From Candidatus Pelagibacterales bacterium (GTDB taxonomy: Bacteria; Pseudomonadota; Alphaproteobacteria; Pelagibacterales; Pelagibacteraceae), in assembly GCA_965235975.1 (NCBI GenBank), contig CBDDZZ010000002.1, positions 208,202 through 272,201 on the forward strand: a stretch of DNA of 64,000 bases. Direction: 5' to 3'. Within the stretch, counting starts at the first letter, position 1; each line of letters begins with the position of its first letter. Below the pieces are notes generated by a model. The model saw only the letters and a program-made list of their open reading frames with translations, was not told the origin of the DNA and searched no databases. The position numbers and the translations under genes are program-made. This document shows positions 9,964 to 20,343 of the stretch, piece after piece.

Positions 9964-11430
9964 TTATTTTTTACTAATCTTTTTTGAGGATTTTGATTTA
10001 TCCTCTGATTTTGTATATTTTTTTGATTTATCATCACTACTCGTTGCTGACTTTGTTGCTGACTTAGATTTAAGATTAGACGATAAATCTTTTACAAGTT
10101 CTTCTAATTCTTTCTTATTTACTTCTTTAGCCTCAACCTTAGCCTTGGACTTAACTAGCTCAACAATTTTATCCTCATAAATGGGTCCTCTAAGTCTTGT
10201 AATTTCAGAAGGATTTTTTTGATAATAATCTCTTATTTGTTTTTCCTGCCCAGGATACATGCTCATTTGTTTTTGCAATTCTTGTTGGAGCTCTTGTGTA
10301 GTCACTTGAATTTTATAATCTTCACCAATTTGATTTAATACTAAAGCTAGTTTCACTCTTCGCTTAGATATATCTAAAATATCCTCTTCTTCTTCTTTAG
10401 TAAGTTTTATGTCTGAATGATCATGTCCGTGTTTATGATCGTCATGAGGTTCATTCTTATGAGCTTTTTCGTGAATAAAACTATGTTTAACAATTTCTTG
10501 CTCATTTTTTACTAAATCCTCTGGTAAATCAAACTTACAGTTTTTATCTAGATAATCTAAAATTTCTTTTCTAATAATTGTCTCTGTAATTGAAGATTGT
10601 TCTTTAGATAGTTGTTTTTCTAATAAAACTTTCAAATCATTTAAATCTTTTGCACCTAAATTTTTTGCAAATTGATCATCGATTGCTACAGGCTCTGATT
10701 TTTTAACTTCTAAAATTTTACAATTAAATAATGCGGTCTTACTCGCTAATTGTTTATTTGGATAATTTTCTGGTAAATTAATCTTAACATCCTTTTTATC
10801 ACCTGGTTTGCAGGTTAATAATTTTTCATCAAAACCCTTAATGAAAAGTTCTTTTCCTAAAATAATTTGAACTTTTTCGCCTTTGTTTCCCTCAAAAGGT
10901 TTACCATCGACGCTTGCTTCAAAATCAAAAACTACTAAATCGCCTTTAGCTGAACTTTCACCTTCTTTTTTATTAACATATTTTTTTTGTCCCTCTGCTA
11001 ATAAATTTATTCTATCGTCTAAATCTTTTTTCTCTATTTTTAATTTATAATCGGTAAGATTTATTTTTTCTAATTCAATTTTTTTTATATCTGGAGTTTT
11101 TTCTACAGAAATTGTGTACTCTAAATCTTTATCTTCGCCAGAAGATTTAATCTCAATTTTAGGTTGGCTAGCAGGCTTAATTTTATTTTCAGATAAAGCT
11201 TGATAAGTATTATCTTGTAAAATTTTTTCTAAAACTTCTCCATACAACGCTTGAGCAAATTGCTTTTTTAATAAATCAACAGGTGCTTTTCCTGGTCGAA
11301 AACCTTTAATGTTTATTGTCTTCTGTAATTCAATAACTCTCTCTTCAATTTTTTTATCGATCTCTTGTTTTTTAACCAAAACATTAAGATTAGTCTTTAA
11401 CCCTTTAGTTTCCGATACTGTTACTTTCAT
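9964..11430 (-). CDS. tig: Trigger factor (start most likely ATG at 11430; alternative 11439)
   Basis: GFRPGKAP ribosome-binding motif, FKBP domain, tig-clpP-clpX-lon order. Confidence 0.95.
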   Translation of the reverse strand: MKVTVSETKGLKTNLNVLVKKQEIDKKIEERVIELQKTINIKGFRPGKAPVDLLKKQFAQALYGEVLEKILQDNTYQALSENKIKPASQPKIEIKSSGEDKDLEYTISVEKTPDIKKIELEKINLTDYKLKIEKKDLDDRINLLAEGQKKYVNKKEGESSAKGDLVVFDFEASVDGKPFEGNKGEKVQIILGKELFIKGFDEKLLTCKPGDKKDVKINLPENYPNKQLASKTALFNCKILEVKKSEPVAIDDQFAKNLGAKDLNDLKVLLEKQLSKEQSSITETIIRKEILDYLDKNCKFDLPEDLVKNEQEIVKHSFIHEKAHKNEPHDDHKHGHDHSDIKLTKEEEEDILDISKRRVKLALVLNQIGEDYKIQVTTQELQQELQKQMSMYPGQEKQIRDYYQKNPSEITRLRGPIYEDKIVELVKSKAKVEAKEVNKKELEELVKDLSSNLKSKSATKSATSSDDKSKKYTKSEDKSKSSKKISKK

Positions 11431-11438
11431 ATTCTTCA

Positions 11439-11522
11439 TGGTGCGGGAGAAAGGACTTGAACCTTCACATCTTTCGATACCAGTTCCTAAGACTGGCGTG
11501 TCTACCGTTCCACCACTCCCGC
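11439..11522 (-). tRNA. tRNA-Leu(TAG)
   Basis: GCGGGAGTGGTGGAACGGTAGACACGCCAGTCTTAGGAACTGG...CTCCCGCACCA. Confidence 0.97.
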
Positions 11523-11653
11523 TTTAATATTAATAAAATTTCGAATTGCGAATATATCCACATTATTAAATGCTTTCTAGGATTTATTCTTAAATTTAAG
11601 ATGCAAAAGAGGAGTATTTACTTATATAAAAAGCACATTTAACAAAAATTTAA

Positions 11654-11896
11654 ATGATACGTTACATTATAATTATCACCGCAATTGTTCTACCATTTAT
11701 AATTTATTATTTGCTCGTTCGTTTCACTAAAAAAATTAATAAAAAATTTCCAATAATTACCCTTTCATCAATAAGTCTCTTACTATTAGTTGTTGCTTTA
11801 GTTTATCTAAGATTTACAAGTGTAGAGCCAGTCGGATTAAAATATATCCCTCCAAAATTTGAAAATAATAAAGTAGTTCCTTCGCAAGTAAAATAA
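11654..11896 (+). CDS. Small two-TM membrane protein (DUF6111-like)
   Basis: LPFIIY, two hydrophobic helices, C-terminal YIPPKFENNKVVP. Confidence 0.7.
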   Translation: MIRYIIIITAIVLPFIIYYLLVRFTKKINKKFPIITLSSISLLLLVVALVYLRFTSVEPVGLKYIPPKFENNKVVPSQVK

Positions 11897-11898
11897 TA

Positions 11899-13386
11899 TT
11901 AAGAATATTTTTTAGATAATTTATCCAAAGCTCTTGGTAAGTTTTTAATTATATCCTCAGCAATAAGTCCTTTTTTAACCAATCCACCAGCATAAGAATG
12001 TATCCACACACCAGCACAAGCGCCATCAAATGATGACATTTTATTTTTTCCAATTAGACTGACAATAATTCCACTCAAAACATCTCCAGAACCAATTACC
12101 GCTAACTCTTCTGTTCCAATCGTATTAATACAAATTCTTCCATCTGGAGATGCAATAATTGTATCTGGTCCTTTAAAGACAACTATACAATTTGCTTTTT
12201 TAGCTGCTTTTAAAGTTTTTTCTATTTTACTTTTAATATTTTTTAATTCTGGAAAAATTATATCAAACTCACCCTCATGCGGAGTTATAATTTTATCTTC
12301 ATCCAAAATAGAGAATAACTGCTTAGGATTTTTGGCAAAGCAGGTTAATGCATCTGCATCTATAACTACATTCTTTATAAGTTTACAAATTAGTTTAGTA
12401 TTTTCTATAGTTGAAAGATTTACTCCTGCCCCTGGTCCTATAAGAAAAGATGTTATTACTGAGGATTTTAAATAATTTTTAAGTTCATTAATTGTATTAA
12501 TTTCAATTTTGAGTAGTGAAAAAAAATTTTGATTATATTTATCTAAGGTCTCTTTATTTGAAATAATTGTAACTGACCCTGCCCCACATCGAATAGCTGC
12601 ATTCGAGGATAATAGAGATGCGCCTATGTAATTTTTTAAAGACCCAAAGATATAAACTTTTCCTCTAGAATATTTATAGGAATTATATTTCTTCCAAGGA
12701 AATTTCTTTTTAATCCATAAGCTTGGGTTATTTTCAGTAATTTTGTTTTTTATGGTCTTATTTAAAAACTTTCTTATCCCAATATCTAAAACTTTTACTT
12801 TTCCTGAAAAGTAAGCCCCCGGATAGAGGACATGACCAATTTTTTTACAATGAAGAGCAAGTGTTACACTAGCCTTGATTGCCTCGCCCATAATCTGACC
12901 ATTATCGCTGTTAACTCCTGTGGGGATATCAATAGAAAAAATCTGTGTTTTCTTGATATTTATAGCTCTGATTAAACGTTTAATTGCAGTGCTAACCTCT
13001 TTATTTAAACCAGTACCAAAAATACAATCAATAATTATTGGCTTTGTTTTTTTTTTAAGCTCCCGATTTAGATCACTTAAATTTAAAACTTTATAATCTA
13101 GGTATTTTAAAGCTTTGAAGTTGTCATTTTTTTTATTCTTTAAATTAAGAATTAAAAATATTTTAACTTTATAACCTTTATCAATAAGACTTTTCCCAAT
13201 TATAAACCCATCGCCACCGTTATTGCCTGGGCCACAAACAACTAAGATGTCTTTACTTTTGGGTATGCAATTAAAAAAAAAATCTGCACATTTTTCCCCT
13301 GCAGATTGCATTAAAGAAAAAGAGTTCTCTCTTAATCTAAATTCCTTTTGCTCAATGGCTCTTATTTGCGATGAATTTAAAATCAT
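11899..13386 (-). CDS. nnr: Bifunctional NAD(P)HX epimerase/dehydratase
   Basis: CGPGNNGGDG, DCIFGTG, DIPTG; IGPGAG, DADAL, TPHEGEF, GSGDVLSG. Confidence 0.95.
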   Translation of the reverse strand: MILNSSQIRAIEQKEFRLRENSFSLMQSAGEKCADFFFNCIPKSKDILVVCGPGNNGGDGFIIGKSLIDKGYKVKIFLILNLKNKKNDNFKALKYLDYKVLNLSDLNRELKKKTKPIIIDCIFGTGLNKEVSTAIKRLIRAINIKKTQIFSIDIPTGVNSDNGQIMGEAIKASVTLALHCKKIGHVLYPGAYFSGKVKVLDIGIRKFLNKTIKNKITENNPSLWIKKKFPWKKYNSYKYSRGKVYIFGSLKNYIGASLLSSNAAIRCGAGSVTIISNKETLDKYNQNFFSLLKIEINTINELKNYLKSSVITSFLIGPGAGVNLSTIENTKLICKLIKNVVIDADALTCFAKNPKQLFSILDEDKIITPHEGEFDIIFPELKNIKSKIEKTLKAAKKANCIVVFKGPDTIIASPDGRICINTIGTEELAVIGSGDVLSGIIVSLIGKNKMSSFDGACAGVWIHSYAGGLVKKGLIAEDIIKNLPRALDKLSKKYS

Positions 13387-13536
13387 TTACAAAAACAATC
13401 CTAAGTTTAGTTTACATTAGCTCTATTATGCATACCTGGCATAACTAAAAAACAATGGAATTTGTTGATTAAAATTATATTACATTTAAAAATTAAAAAT
13501 CAAATACAGTTTATTATTAATTAAAAGGAGAACTTT

Positions 13537-14946
13537 ATGGGCACCGCTGCAGACATTTTAAAATTAATTAAAGAAAAAGAAATAGAATTTGTTGATTTAA
13601 GATTTACCGATCCTCGAGGTAAACTCCAGCATATGACGCAGGATTTGACAACAATTGATGAAGAATTTTTAAATGACGGAACATTCTTTGATGGGTCATC
13701 CATCGCTGGTTGGAAAGCGATTAATGAGTCAGATATGATTTTGAAACCAGATCTATCTAGGGCTTTTGTAGATCCATTCACTTCGCACAACACTTTAGTT
13801 TTATTCTGTGATGTAATGGACCCTATAAAAAAAGATTATTATGAGAGAGATCCAAGGTCTATTGCTAAAAAAGCCGAAGCCTATCTAAAAACTACAGGTA
13901 TTGGAGATACAATTTATTTTGGACCAGAACCAGAGTTTTTTATATTCGATGATGTGAAAATTTCTAATACTATGCAAAAAGTTTCTTTTCAGGTTGATAG
14001 TAATGAAGGACCGTACAATGGTGATAAAGAATATCCAAACGGAAACATGGGTCATAGACCGGTAGTTAAGGGTGGTTACTTTCCAGTTCCGCCAGTAGAT
14101 AGCTGCCAAGATTTAAGAGCTGAAGCACTTAAAGCTATGAAAGATATGGGTGTAAAAGTTGAAAAACACCATCATGAAGTTGCTCCTTCCCAGCATGAGT
14201 TAGGTACTATGTTTGATACGATGGTTCGTAATGCTGATAACATGCAAATTTATAAATATGCAGTTCAGATGGTTGCCCACTCTTTTGGAAAAACTGCAAC
14301 GTTTATGGCAAAACCAATTAAAGGAGATAATGGCTCAGGTATGCATTGTCACCAATCTATTTGGAAAGCTGGAAAACCACTTTTTGCTGGAGATAAATAT
14401 GCAGGACTTTCGCAAGAGTGTCTTTATTACATAGGTGGAATTATAAAACATGCAAAAGCTTTGAATGCTTTTACTAATTCAACGACCAACAGCTATAAAA
14501 GATTAATTCCAGGATTTGAAGCTCCAGTAATTCTTGCTTACTCTGCAAGAAATAGATCTGCAAGCTGCAGGATACCATTTAGTTCTAGTCCAAAAGGAAA
14601 AAGAGTTGAAGTAAGATTTCCCGATGCTGCTGGAAATCCATATCTGACTTTTGCTTGCATGTTGATGGCTGGAATTGATGGAATCAAAAATAAAATTGAT
14701 CCAGGAAAACCATTTGACAAAGATCTTTATTCTTTATCAGCTGAAGAGCTAAAAGGAGTTCCTCAAGTTTGTGGCTCTTTAAGGGAAGCTTTAGAAAATT
14801 TAGATAAAGACAGAGGATTCTTAACTGCTGGCGGAGTATTCACTGATGATCAAATTGATGCTTACATCGAATTAAAGATGACAGAAGTTTATAATATGGA
14901 ACACACTCCTCACCCAGTTGAATACCAAATGTATTACAGCTGCTAA
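13537..14946 (+). CDS. glnA: Glutamine synthetase type I
   Basis: [32 protein letters not shown]; AAGGAG RBS. Confidence 0.99.
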   Translation: MGTAADILKLIKEKEIEFVDLRFTDPRGKLQHMTQDLTTIDEEFLNDGTFFDGSSIAGWKAINESDMILKPDLSRAFVDPFTSHNTLVLFCDVMDPIKKDYYERDPRSIAKKAEAYLKTTGIGDTIYFGPEPEFFIFDDVKISNTMQKVSFQVDSNEGPYNGDKEYPNGNMGHRPVVKGGYFPVPPVDSCQDLRAEALKAMKDMGVKVEKHHHEVAPSQHELGTMFDTMVRNADNMQIYKYAVQMVAHSFGKTATFMAKPIKGDNGSGMHCHQSIWKAGKPLFAGDKYAGLSQECLYYIGGIIKHAKALNAFTNSTTNSYKRLIPGFEAPVILAYSARNRSASCRIPFSSSPKGKRVEVRFPDAAGNPYLTFACMLMAGIDGIKNKIDPGKPFDKDLYSLSAEELKGVPQVCGSLREALENLDKDRGFLTAGGVFTDDQIDAYIELKMTEVYNMEHTPHPVEYQMYYSC

Positions 14947-14964
14947 TTACAATATTTTAAAATT

Positions 14965-15001
14965 AAAAAACCCCGTGCCTAAAAATACGGGGTTTTTTTT
15001 T
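14965..15001 (+). terminator. Rho-independent terminator after glnA
   Basis: AAAAAACCCCGTG-CCTAAAAA-TACGGGGTTTTTTTTT. Confidence 0.9.
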
Positions 15002-15057
15002 GTTAAAAAATTAATTTACGTCTGTATTTTTTCATAAATTAATCTAATGCTTGGTAT

Positions 15058-16995
15058 GTGGTAAAAAATAGTAATTATTCTGCAAAAGACATTGAAATTC
15101 TAGAAGGTTTAGAACCTGTTAGAAAAAGACCCGGAATGTACATCGGTGGTACAGATGAGACTGCCTTTCACCACCTTGCAACAGAAATCATTGATAACTC
15201 TATGGATGAGGTTACAGCTGGGCATGCAAAAAATATCTATGTAAAATTAAATAAAGATAAATCATTAACGGTCACAGACGATGGAAGAGGAATTCCTTTA
15301 GATAAACATCCAAAGAAAAATAAAACTGCTCTTGAAATAGTGATGACAACATTGCATTCGGGTGGAAAATTTAAAGAAGGAACCTACTCCACATCGGCTG
15401 GTTTACATGGAGTAGGTCTTTCCGTTGTAAATGCCTTATCTGAAAAATTAAAAGTAGAAGTCTTTAAAAACTCTACTATTTTTGAGCAAAATTATTCTAA
15501 AGGAAAACCTTTAAATAAATTAAATAAAAAAGGAAAATCCAAAATTAAAAATGGAACTCAAGTTACATTTACTCCTGACAAGGAAATTTTTGGAAAAGAT
15601 CTAAATTTTGTTCCAAATAAATTATACAATCTTTGCAAAAGTAAGGCTTATTTAGTTAAAGGCATCACAATACATTGGGAATGCGACAGAGCCTTAATCA
15701 ATAGAAAAGACGATACCCCCAATAGTGCAAAACTTTTTTTTCCAGACGGTATTGTCGAGTATCTAGATAGTGAAATCAAAAGTTTAACGAAAATAAATGA
15801 TAAAACATGTCATCATAAAAATAACTTTGATGATGATAAAGGAAAGTTTGAATTTGCAATTCAATGGCACAACGAAATATCAGAATTTAAAATTTCATTT
15901 TGTAACTCAGTATTAACTACTAATGGCGGAACACATGAACAAGGTTTTAGATCTGGAGTTACAAAATCTATAAGAAAAATTGCAAAGTTTAAAAATAATA
16001 AACTTGTAGCGGGGGCCAGCGCTGATGAAATACTATCAAATGCAAGTTACATTGTATCTGTTTTTATTAATAATCCAGAATTTGAAGGACAAACTAAATC
16101 AAGACTATCCTCTTCTTATATTCAAAAATATTGCGATGTCTCCATAGCTAAATCTGTTGAGGATTGGTTTAATCAGCATCCAAAGGCATCAAATTCTATT
16201 CTTGCATTTATTGAAGGTAAAATAAGAGAAAAAAATTTACTAGATCAAAATCTTGACGTTGGAAGACAAAGTGCAACGAGAAAAATACGCTTGCCCGGAA
16301 AACTTGCAGACTGCACAAGTTCAAAAGTAGAAGGAACGGAGTTATTTATAGTTGAAGGGGATTCTGCCGGAGGTTCTGCAAAACAAGCTCGTGATCGAAA
16401 TTTTCAAGCAATTCTACCTTTAAGAGGAAAAATATTGAATGTAAAAAATTCTAATACTGCAAAGATATTAGCAAACACTGAAATATCAAATTTACTTCAA
16501 GCGCTAGGATGTCAAAGAAGAGAAAAATATATTGATAAAGATTTAAGATACGAAAAAGTAATTATTATGACTGATGCTGATGTTGATGGTGATCACATAG
16601 CAAGTTTACTTTTAACTTTCTTTTTCTGCGAAATGCCAAATTTAATTAAGAATGGACATTTATATCTCGCTGTACCGCCGCTTTATAAACTTAATATATC
16701 TAACCAAATTTATTATGTACGTAATGACATTGAAAAAGATAAATTATTAAAAAATCTAAAAAAAGGATCTAAAATAGAAATTAGTAGATTTAAAGGATTG
16801 GGCGAAATGATGGCTCAACAATTAAAAGAGACTACAATGGATATTAATACTCGATCCCTCATTAGAGTTATGGTTCCTACAAGTGATTATAAAAAAACAA
16901 ATAAATTAATCTCGAACATTATGGGAAAAAATGCAGATCTGAGATTAAAGTTTATAGAAGAAAATGCTCCAAAAGCAAAAAACTTAGACTTATAA
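15058..16995 (+). CDS. parE: DNA topoisomerase IV subunit B
   Basis: EGLEPVRKRPGMYIGGTD, VEGDSAGG, PLRGKILN, DADVDG, RFKGLGEMMAQQLKETTM; 645 aa with no GyrB insertion. Confidence 0.9.
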   Translation: MVKNSNYSAKDIEILEGLEPVRKRPGMYIGGTDETAFHHLATEIIDNSMDEVTAGHAKNIYVKLNKDKSLTVTDDGRGIPLDKHPKKNKTALEIVMTTLHSGGKFKEGTYSTSAGLHGVGLSVVNALSEKLKVEVFKNSTIFEQNYSKGKPLNKLNKKGKSKIKNGTQVTFTPDKEIFGKDLNFVPNKLYNLCKSKAYLVKGITIHWECDRALINRKDDTPNSAKLFFPDGIVEYLDSEIKSLTKINDKTCHHKNNFDDDKGKFEFAIQWHNEISEFKISFCNSVLTTNGGTHEQGFRSGVTKSIRKIAKFKNNKLVAGASADEILSNASYIVSVFINNPEFEGQTKSRLSSSYIQKYCDVSIAKSVEDWFNQHPKASNSILAFIEGKIREKNLLDQNLDVGRQSATRKIRLPGKLADCTSSKVEGTELFIVEGDSAGGSAKQARDRNFQAILPLRGKILNVKNSNTAKILANTEISNLLQALGCQRREKYIDKDLRYEKVIIMTDADVDGDHIASLLLTFFFCEMPNLIKNGHLYLAVPPLYKLNISNQIYYVRNDIEKDKLLKNLKKGSKIEISRFKGLGEMMAQQLKETTMDINTRSLIRVMVPTSDYKKTNKLISNIMGKNADLRLKFIEENAPKAKNLDL

Positions 16996-16996
16996 A

Positions 16997-17362
16997 TTAT
17001 TTATAAAAATTAATTTTTCTTAAATCTCCACAATTAATACCGTTAAAATCAACTGTAGTATTAATTATTTCGTTAGGTTTTGATCTTTTTTCAACAACAA
17101 AAGCTTCAAATTTTTTATCAGCAAAAGAAAACGCTTCAATTGATAATGAATTTCTTTTTTCTTCTTTAGAAATATTTTTAATCTCTAGAGACATTTTGCA
17201 AATTTCATTTCTTTGTGAAATAGATTTTATTAAAGTATAAGTAATATCAAATTCATTTTCGATAATAACATTTACAGTTTTTGGGCCATCTTTGCTTACA
17301 AATGGAACTTTTACATCCTTGGAACATGATGCTAGAAAAAAAAGAATAAGAAATATCCGCAT
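16997..17362 (-). CDS. Hypothetical lipoprotein
   Basis: Signal peptide ending in the lipobox LASC. Confidence 0.7.
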   Translation of the reverse strand: MRIFLILFFLASCSKDVKVPFVSKDGPKTVNVIIENEFDITYTLIKSISQRNEICKMSLEIKNISKEEKRNSLSIEAFSFADKKFEAFVVEKRSKPNEIINTTVDFNGINCGDLRKINFYK

Positions 17363-17367
17363 AATTG

Positions 17368-17454
17368 TGGTGCCCTCGGCCGGACTTGAACCGGCACTCC
17401 CAAAAAGGGCAAGGATTTTAAGTCCTTTGTGTCTACCAATTCCACCACGAGGGC
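17368..17454 (-). tRNA. tRNA-Leu(TAA)
   Basis: GCCCTCGTGGTGGAATTGGTAGACACAAAGGACTTAAAATCCTT...CGAGGGCACCA. Confidence 0.97.
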
Positions 17455-17514
17455 TTTAGTGTTGTAATGCTTATAATGAAATTAAATGGGCTTGTTAAGT
17501 AGAAATAAATAAAC

Positions 17515-18075
17515 TTAACCAGATAATTTTCTTTTAAACACAACTAAATCATTTAATGCAGATTTTTTTTGATTAGGCTGCCTTAATAAAAATGCTGGAT
17601 GGAAAGTTGTAAGAACATCAAAATAAGAATTGATAATTTTTATATTTTTCCATTTACCTCTTACTTCGCTTAATGGTCCTTCATGATTTAAAACTGCTGT
17701 TGCAGCGGTTGCGCCGAGTAATAATACACATTTAGGTTTAATAATCTCAATATGTTTAAAAAGTAGTTTTTTAAATTCATTTATTTCTTCAGGAGTAGGT
17801 TTTCTATTTTTATCCGGTCTATAATTTACAACATTTGTAATATAAACTTTTGTGCGATCAAGACTTACGCGTCCAAGCAAATCATCTAAAAGTTTACCAG
17901 CCCTACCAACAAATGGTTTTTGTAATTTATCTTCTGTTTTTCCAGGAGCCTCTCCTATTATCATTACTTGTGCATCTTGATTACCATCTGCAAATACCAA
18001 ATTTTTTTTTGGAAAATTCTTACTAAGTTTATATATTTTTTTTTTTAATTTGGATAACTCTTTATCTTTATCCAT
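17515..18075 (-). CDS. Uracil-DNA glycosylase, family 4-like
   Basis: IIGEAPG, PFVGRAG, YITNVVNYRP, TFHPAFLLR. Confidence 0.92.
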   Translation of the reverse strand: MDKDKELSKLKKKIYKLSKNFPKKNLVFADGNQDAQVMIIGEAPGKTEDKLQKPFVGRAGKLLDDLLGRVSLDRTKVYITNVVNYRPDKNRKPTPEEINEFKKLLFKHIEIIKPKCVLLLGATAATAVLNHEGPLSEVRGKWKNIKIINSYFDVLTTFHPAFLLRQPNQKKSALNDLVVFKRKLSG

Positions 18076-18821
18076 TAAGACTTTTCAATTTTTTTAACTA
18101 AGTTTTGTAAAATTTTTTTACATTGTAAAATTCTTTTTTTTGAATAACCTCTTATGACTAGAGCCACACCTATTTTACCTGCTTGAAAAAATGGATAACT
18201 TCCAAGACTTAAATCTTTAAACTTTTTTTGCAACTTTCCAAATTGCTCACCAATTTTACTTTCGGGCATTTTACCAGTGACAGTCTCGCTGAAAACTTTT
18301 TGACCCCCTTTAATTAATTGTTCAATTGAGTGCATCATCGATTGCAAAATCACTGGAACACCTGGCAATACAAAAACATTTTTCATATAGAAACCTGGCG
18401 CTGAACTTGAGGGATTATAAATTAATCCTGCTCCCCTTGGCATTTTAGCCATTTTCTTTCTTGCATCATTTAAATAGGAATTTTTGTAATGAGTTTCTAA
18501 AATCTTAAGCGCTTCTTTATTATACTCATATTTTTTTTTAAAAACTTTTGAAATTGCTAAAGCAGTAATATCGTCATGTGTTGGTCCGATTCCGCCTGTG
18601 GTAAATAAATAATCATATTTTTTTCTCAATACATTAACGTTATTTATTATAGTTCGTAGTTGATCTGGAACAATTCTCACCTCTTTTAATTGTATGCCTC
18701 TTTCATTTAACCACTTTGCTAAAAAACTCGTATTAGCGTCTTGAGTTCTGCCAGATAAAATCTCATCTCCTATAATTAAAATAGCAGCAAAAAATCTTCT
18801 TTTTTTATTTCGTGTGGACAT
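18075..18821 (-). CDS. CinA-like molybdopterin-binding domain protein
   Basis: IIGDEILSGRTQDAN, TGGIGPTHDDIT, LPGVP. Confidence 0.9.
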   Translation of the reverse strand: MSTRNKKRRFFAAILIIGDEILSGRTQDANTSFLAKWLNERGIQLKEVRIVPDQLRTIINNVNVLRKKYDYLFTTGGIGPTHDDITALAISKVFKKKYEYNKEALKILETHYKNSYLNDARKKMAKMPRGAGLIYNPSSSAPGFYMKNVFVLPGVPVILQSMMHSIEQLIKGGQKVFSETVTGKMPESKIGEQFGKLQKKFKDLSLGSYPFFQAGKIGVALVIRGYSKKRILQCKKILQNLVKKIEKS

Positions 18822-18844
18822 CTAAATGATAATAATACTTTAAA

Positions 18845-19543
18845 ATGAAATTTGACACCCCCCTAATTAAAACAAAATTCATAAAAAGATACAAAAGATT
18901 TTTTGTGGATGTGAGTTTGAATAATCAAATTCTAACTGCTCATTGCCCAAATTCTGGATCTATGATGGGACTTTTAAATGAGGGTGAAGCTGCTTGGATC
19001 TCTCCTTCAAAAAATAAGGAAAGAAAATTAAAATATACATTAGAAATATTAGAAAATAACCATCAAATGGTTGGTGTTAATACCCACCTAACAAATAAAA
19101 TAGTTGAAGAAGCGTTATTAAGTAAAAAAATAAAAGATCTTGAAGCGTTTAATGATATCAAAAGAGAGGCAAAGTTTAATGATGCGACTAGATTTGATTT
19201 TTTAGTTTCAAATAAAAAAAATAAAGCATACGTAGAAGTTAAAAATGTTACTTTAAAAAGAGAAAAAGATTTTGCTGAATTTCCTGATGCACCAACTACA
19301 AGAGGACAAAAACATCTTCTTGAACTGATTAGTGCTAAAAAAAAAGGTTACCAGGCTTTTTTAATTTTTTTAATACAAAGGGAAGATTGTAATTTTTTTA
19401 AAATATCTAAAGATATTGATGAAAAATACTATGAAAATTTTATCGAAGCTAAAAAAAAAGGTGTTAATTTTTTATGTTATTCAAGTAAAATGAGTAATAA
19501 AGAAATAAATCTTAATAAAAAAATCGAAATAAAATTTGAATGA
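18845..19543 (+). CDS. sfsA: Sugar fermentation stimulation protein SfsA (nuclease fold)
   Basis: KRYKRF, AHCPNSGSM, VEVKNVTL, FPDAPTTRGQKHL. Confidence 0.95.
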   Translation: MKFDTPLIKTKFIKRYKRFFVDVSLNNQILTAHCPNSGSMMGLLNEGEAAWISPSKNKERKLKYTLEILENNHQMVGVNTHLTNKIVEEALLSKKIKDLEAFNDIKREAKFNDATRFDFLVSNKKNKAYVEVKNVTLKREKDFAEFPDAPTTRGQKHLLELISAKKKGYQAFLIFLIQREDCNFFKISKDIDEKYYENFIEAKKKGVNFLCYSSKMSNKEINLNKKIEIKFE

Positions 19544-20310
19544 AAATTAAAGCAGAAGAAACCTCATCAATAAAAATATATAACGATGATGATTTTAAAG
19601 GTTTAAAAAAAGCCGGAGACCTTGCGGCAAGAGCATTAGAATATATTGAAAAACTGATCAAGCCTGGAGTCAAAACTAATTTTATCGATGAGGCTGCAAA
19701 CAAATATCTCAATGATCGTGGAGCGTTCTCTGCGCCATTATTTTACAGAGGTTATACAAAGTCTATTTGCACCTCAATTAACAATGTAGTTTGTCATGGA
19801 ATTCCAAGTGATCAAACTTTAAAGGAGGGAGATATTGTTAACGTTGATATCACCTCAATATTAAATGGTTACTATGGTGACACCAGTAAAACATTTTCTG
19901 TCGGAAATATCTCTCCTGATGCTAAAAAATTAATCCAAGTCACCTATGAAAGTATGATGCAAGGTATTAAAATTTTAAAACCAGGCATTACTTTAGGAGA
20001 TATTGGTTTTGCAATCCAATCCTTTGCAGAATCTAATAATTGCTCTGTGGTAAGGGACTTTTGCGGTCATGGAGTTGGCAAAACATTTCATGAAGAACCT
20101 AATATTTTACACTACGGTAAAAAAGGAGAGGGATTAACAATAAAAAGAGGTATGGTTTTTACTATCGAACCGATGATTAATTTAGGAGAATATCATACAA
20201 AAGTTTTACAGGACGGCTGGACTGCAGTTACAAAGGATAAATCTTTATCGGCACAATTTGAACATACAGTTGGTATAAATGATAATGGATACGAAATTTT
20301 TACTTTATAA
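19540..20310 (+). CDS. map: Methionine aminopeptidase type I
   Basis: SINNVVCHGIP, GDTSKTF, GHGVG, FTIEPMIN, SAQFEHT. Confidence 0.98.
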   Translation: MKIKAEETSSIKIYNDDDFKGLKKAGDLAARALEYIEKLIKPGVKTNFIDEAANKYLNDRGAFSAPLFYRGYTKSICTSINNVVCHGIPSDQTLKEGDIVNVDITSILNGYYGDTSKTFSVGNISPDAKKLIQVTYESMMQGIKILKPGITLGDIGFAIQSFAESNNCSVVRDFCGHGVGKTFHEEPNILHYGKKGEGLTIKRGMVFTIEPMINLGEYHTKVLQDGWTAVTKDKSLSAQFEHTVGINDNGYEIFTL

Positions 20311-20343
20311 TATAATTTTAATAATGCATTATAACGTATCTAA

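Noticed and set aside
9964-10085. Short tandem repeats in the tig 3' end
   Set aside because: They encode a low-complexity Lys/Ser tail, not a repeat array
13437-13453. Sigma54 promoter for glnA (TGGCAT...)
   Set aside because: No TTGC at the -12 position
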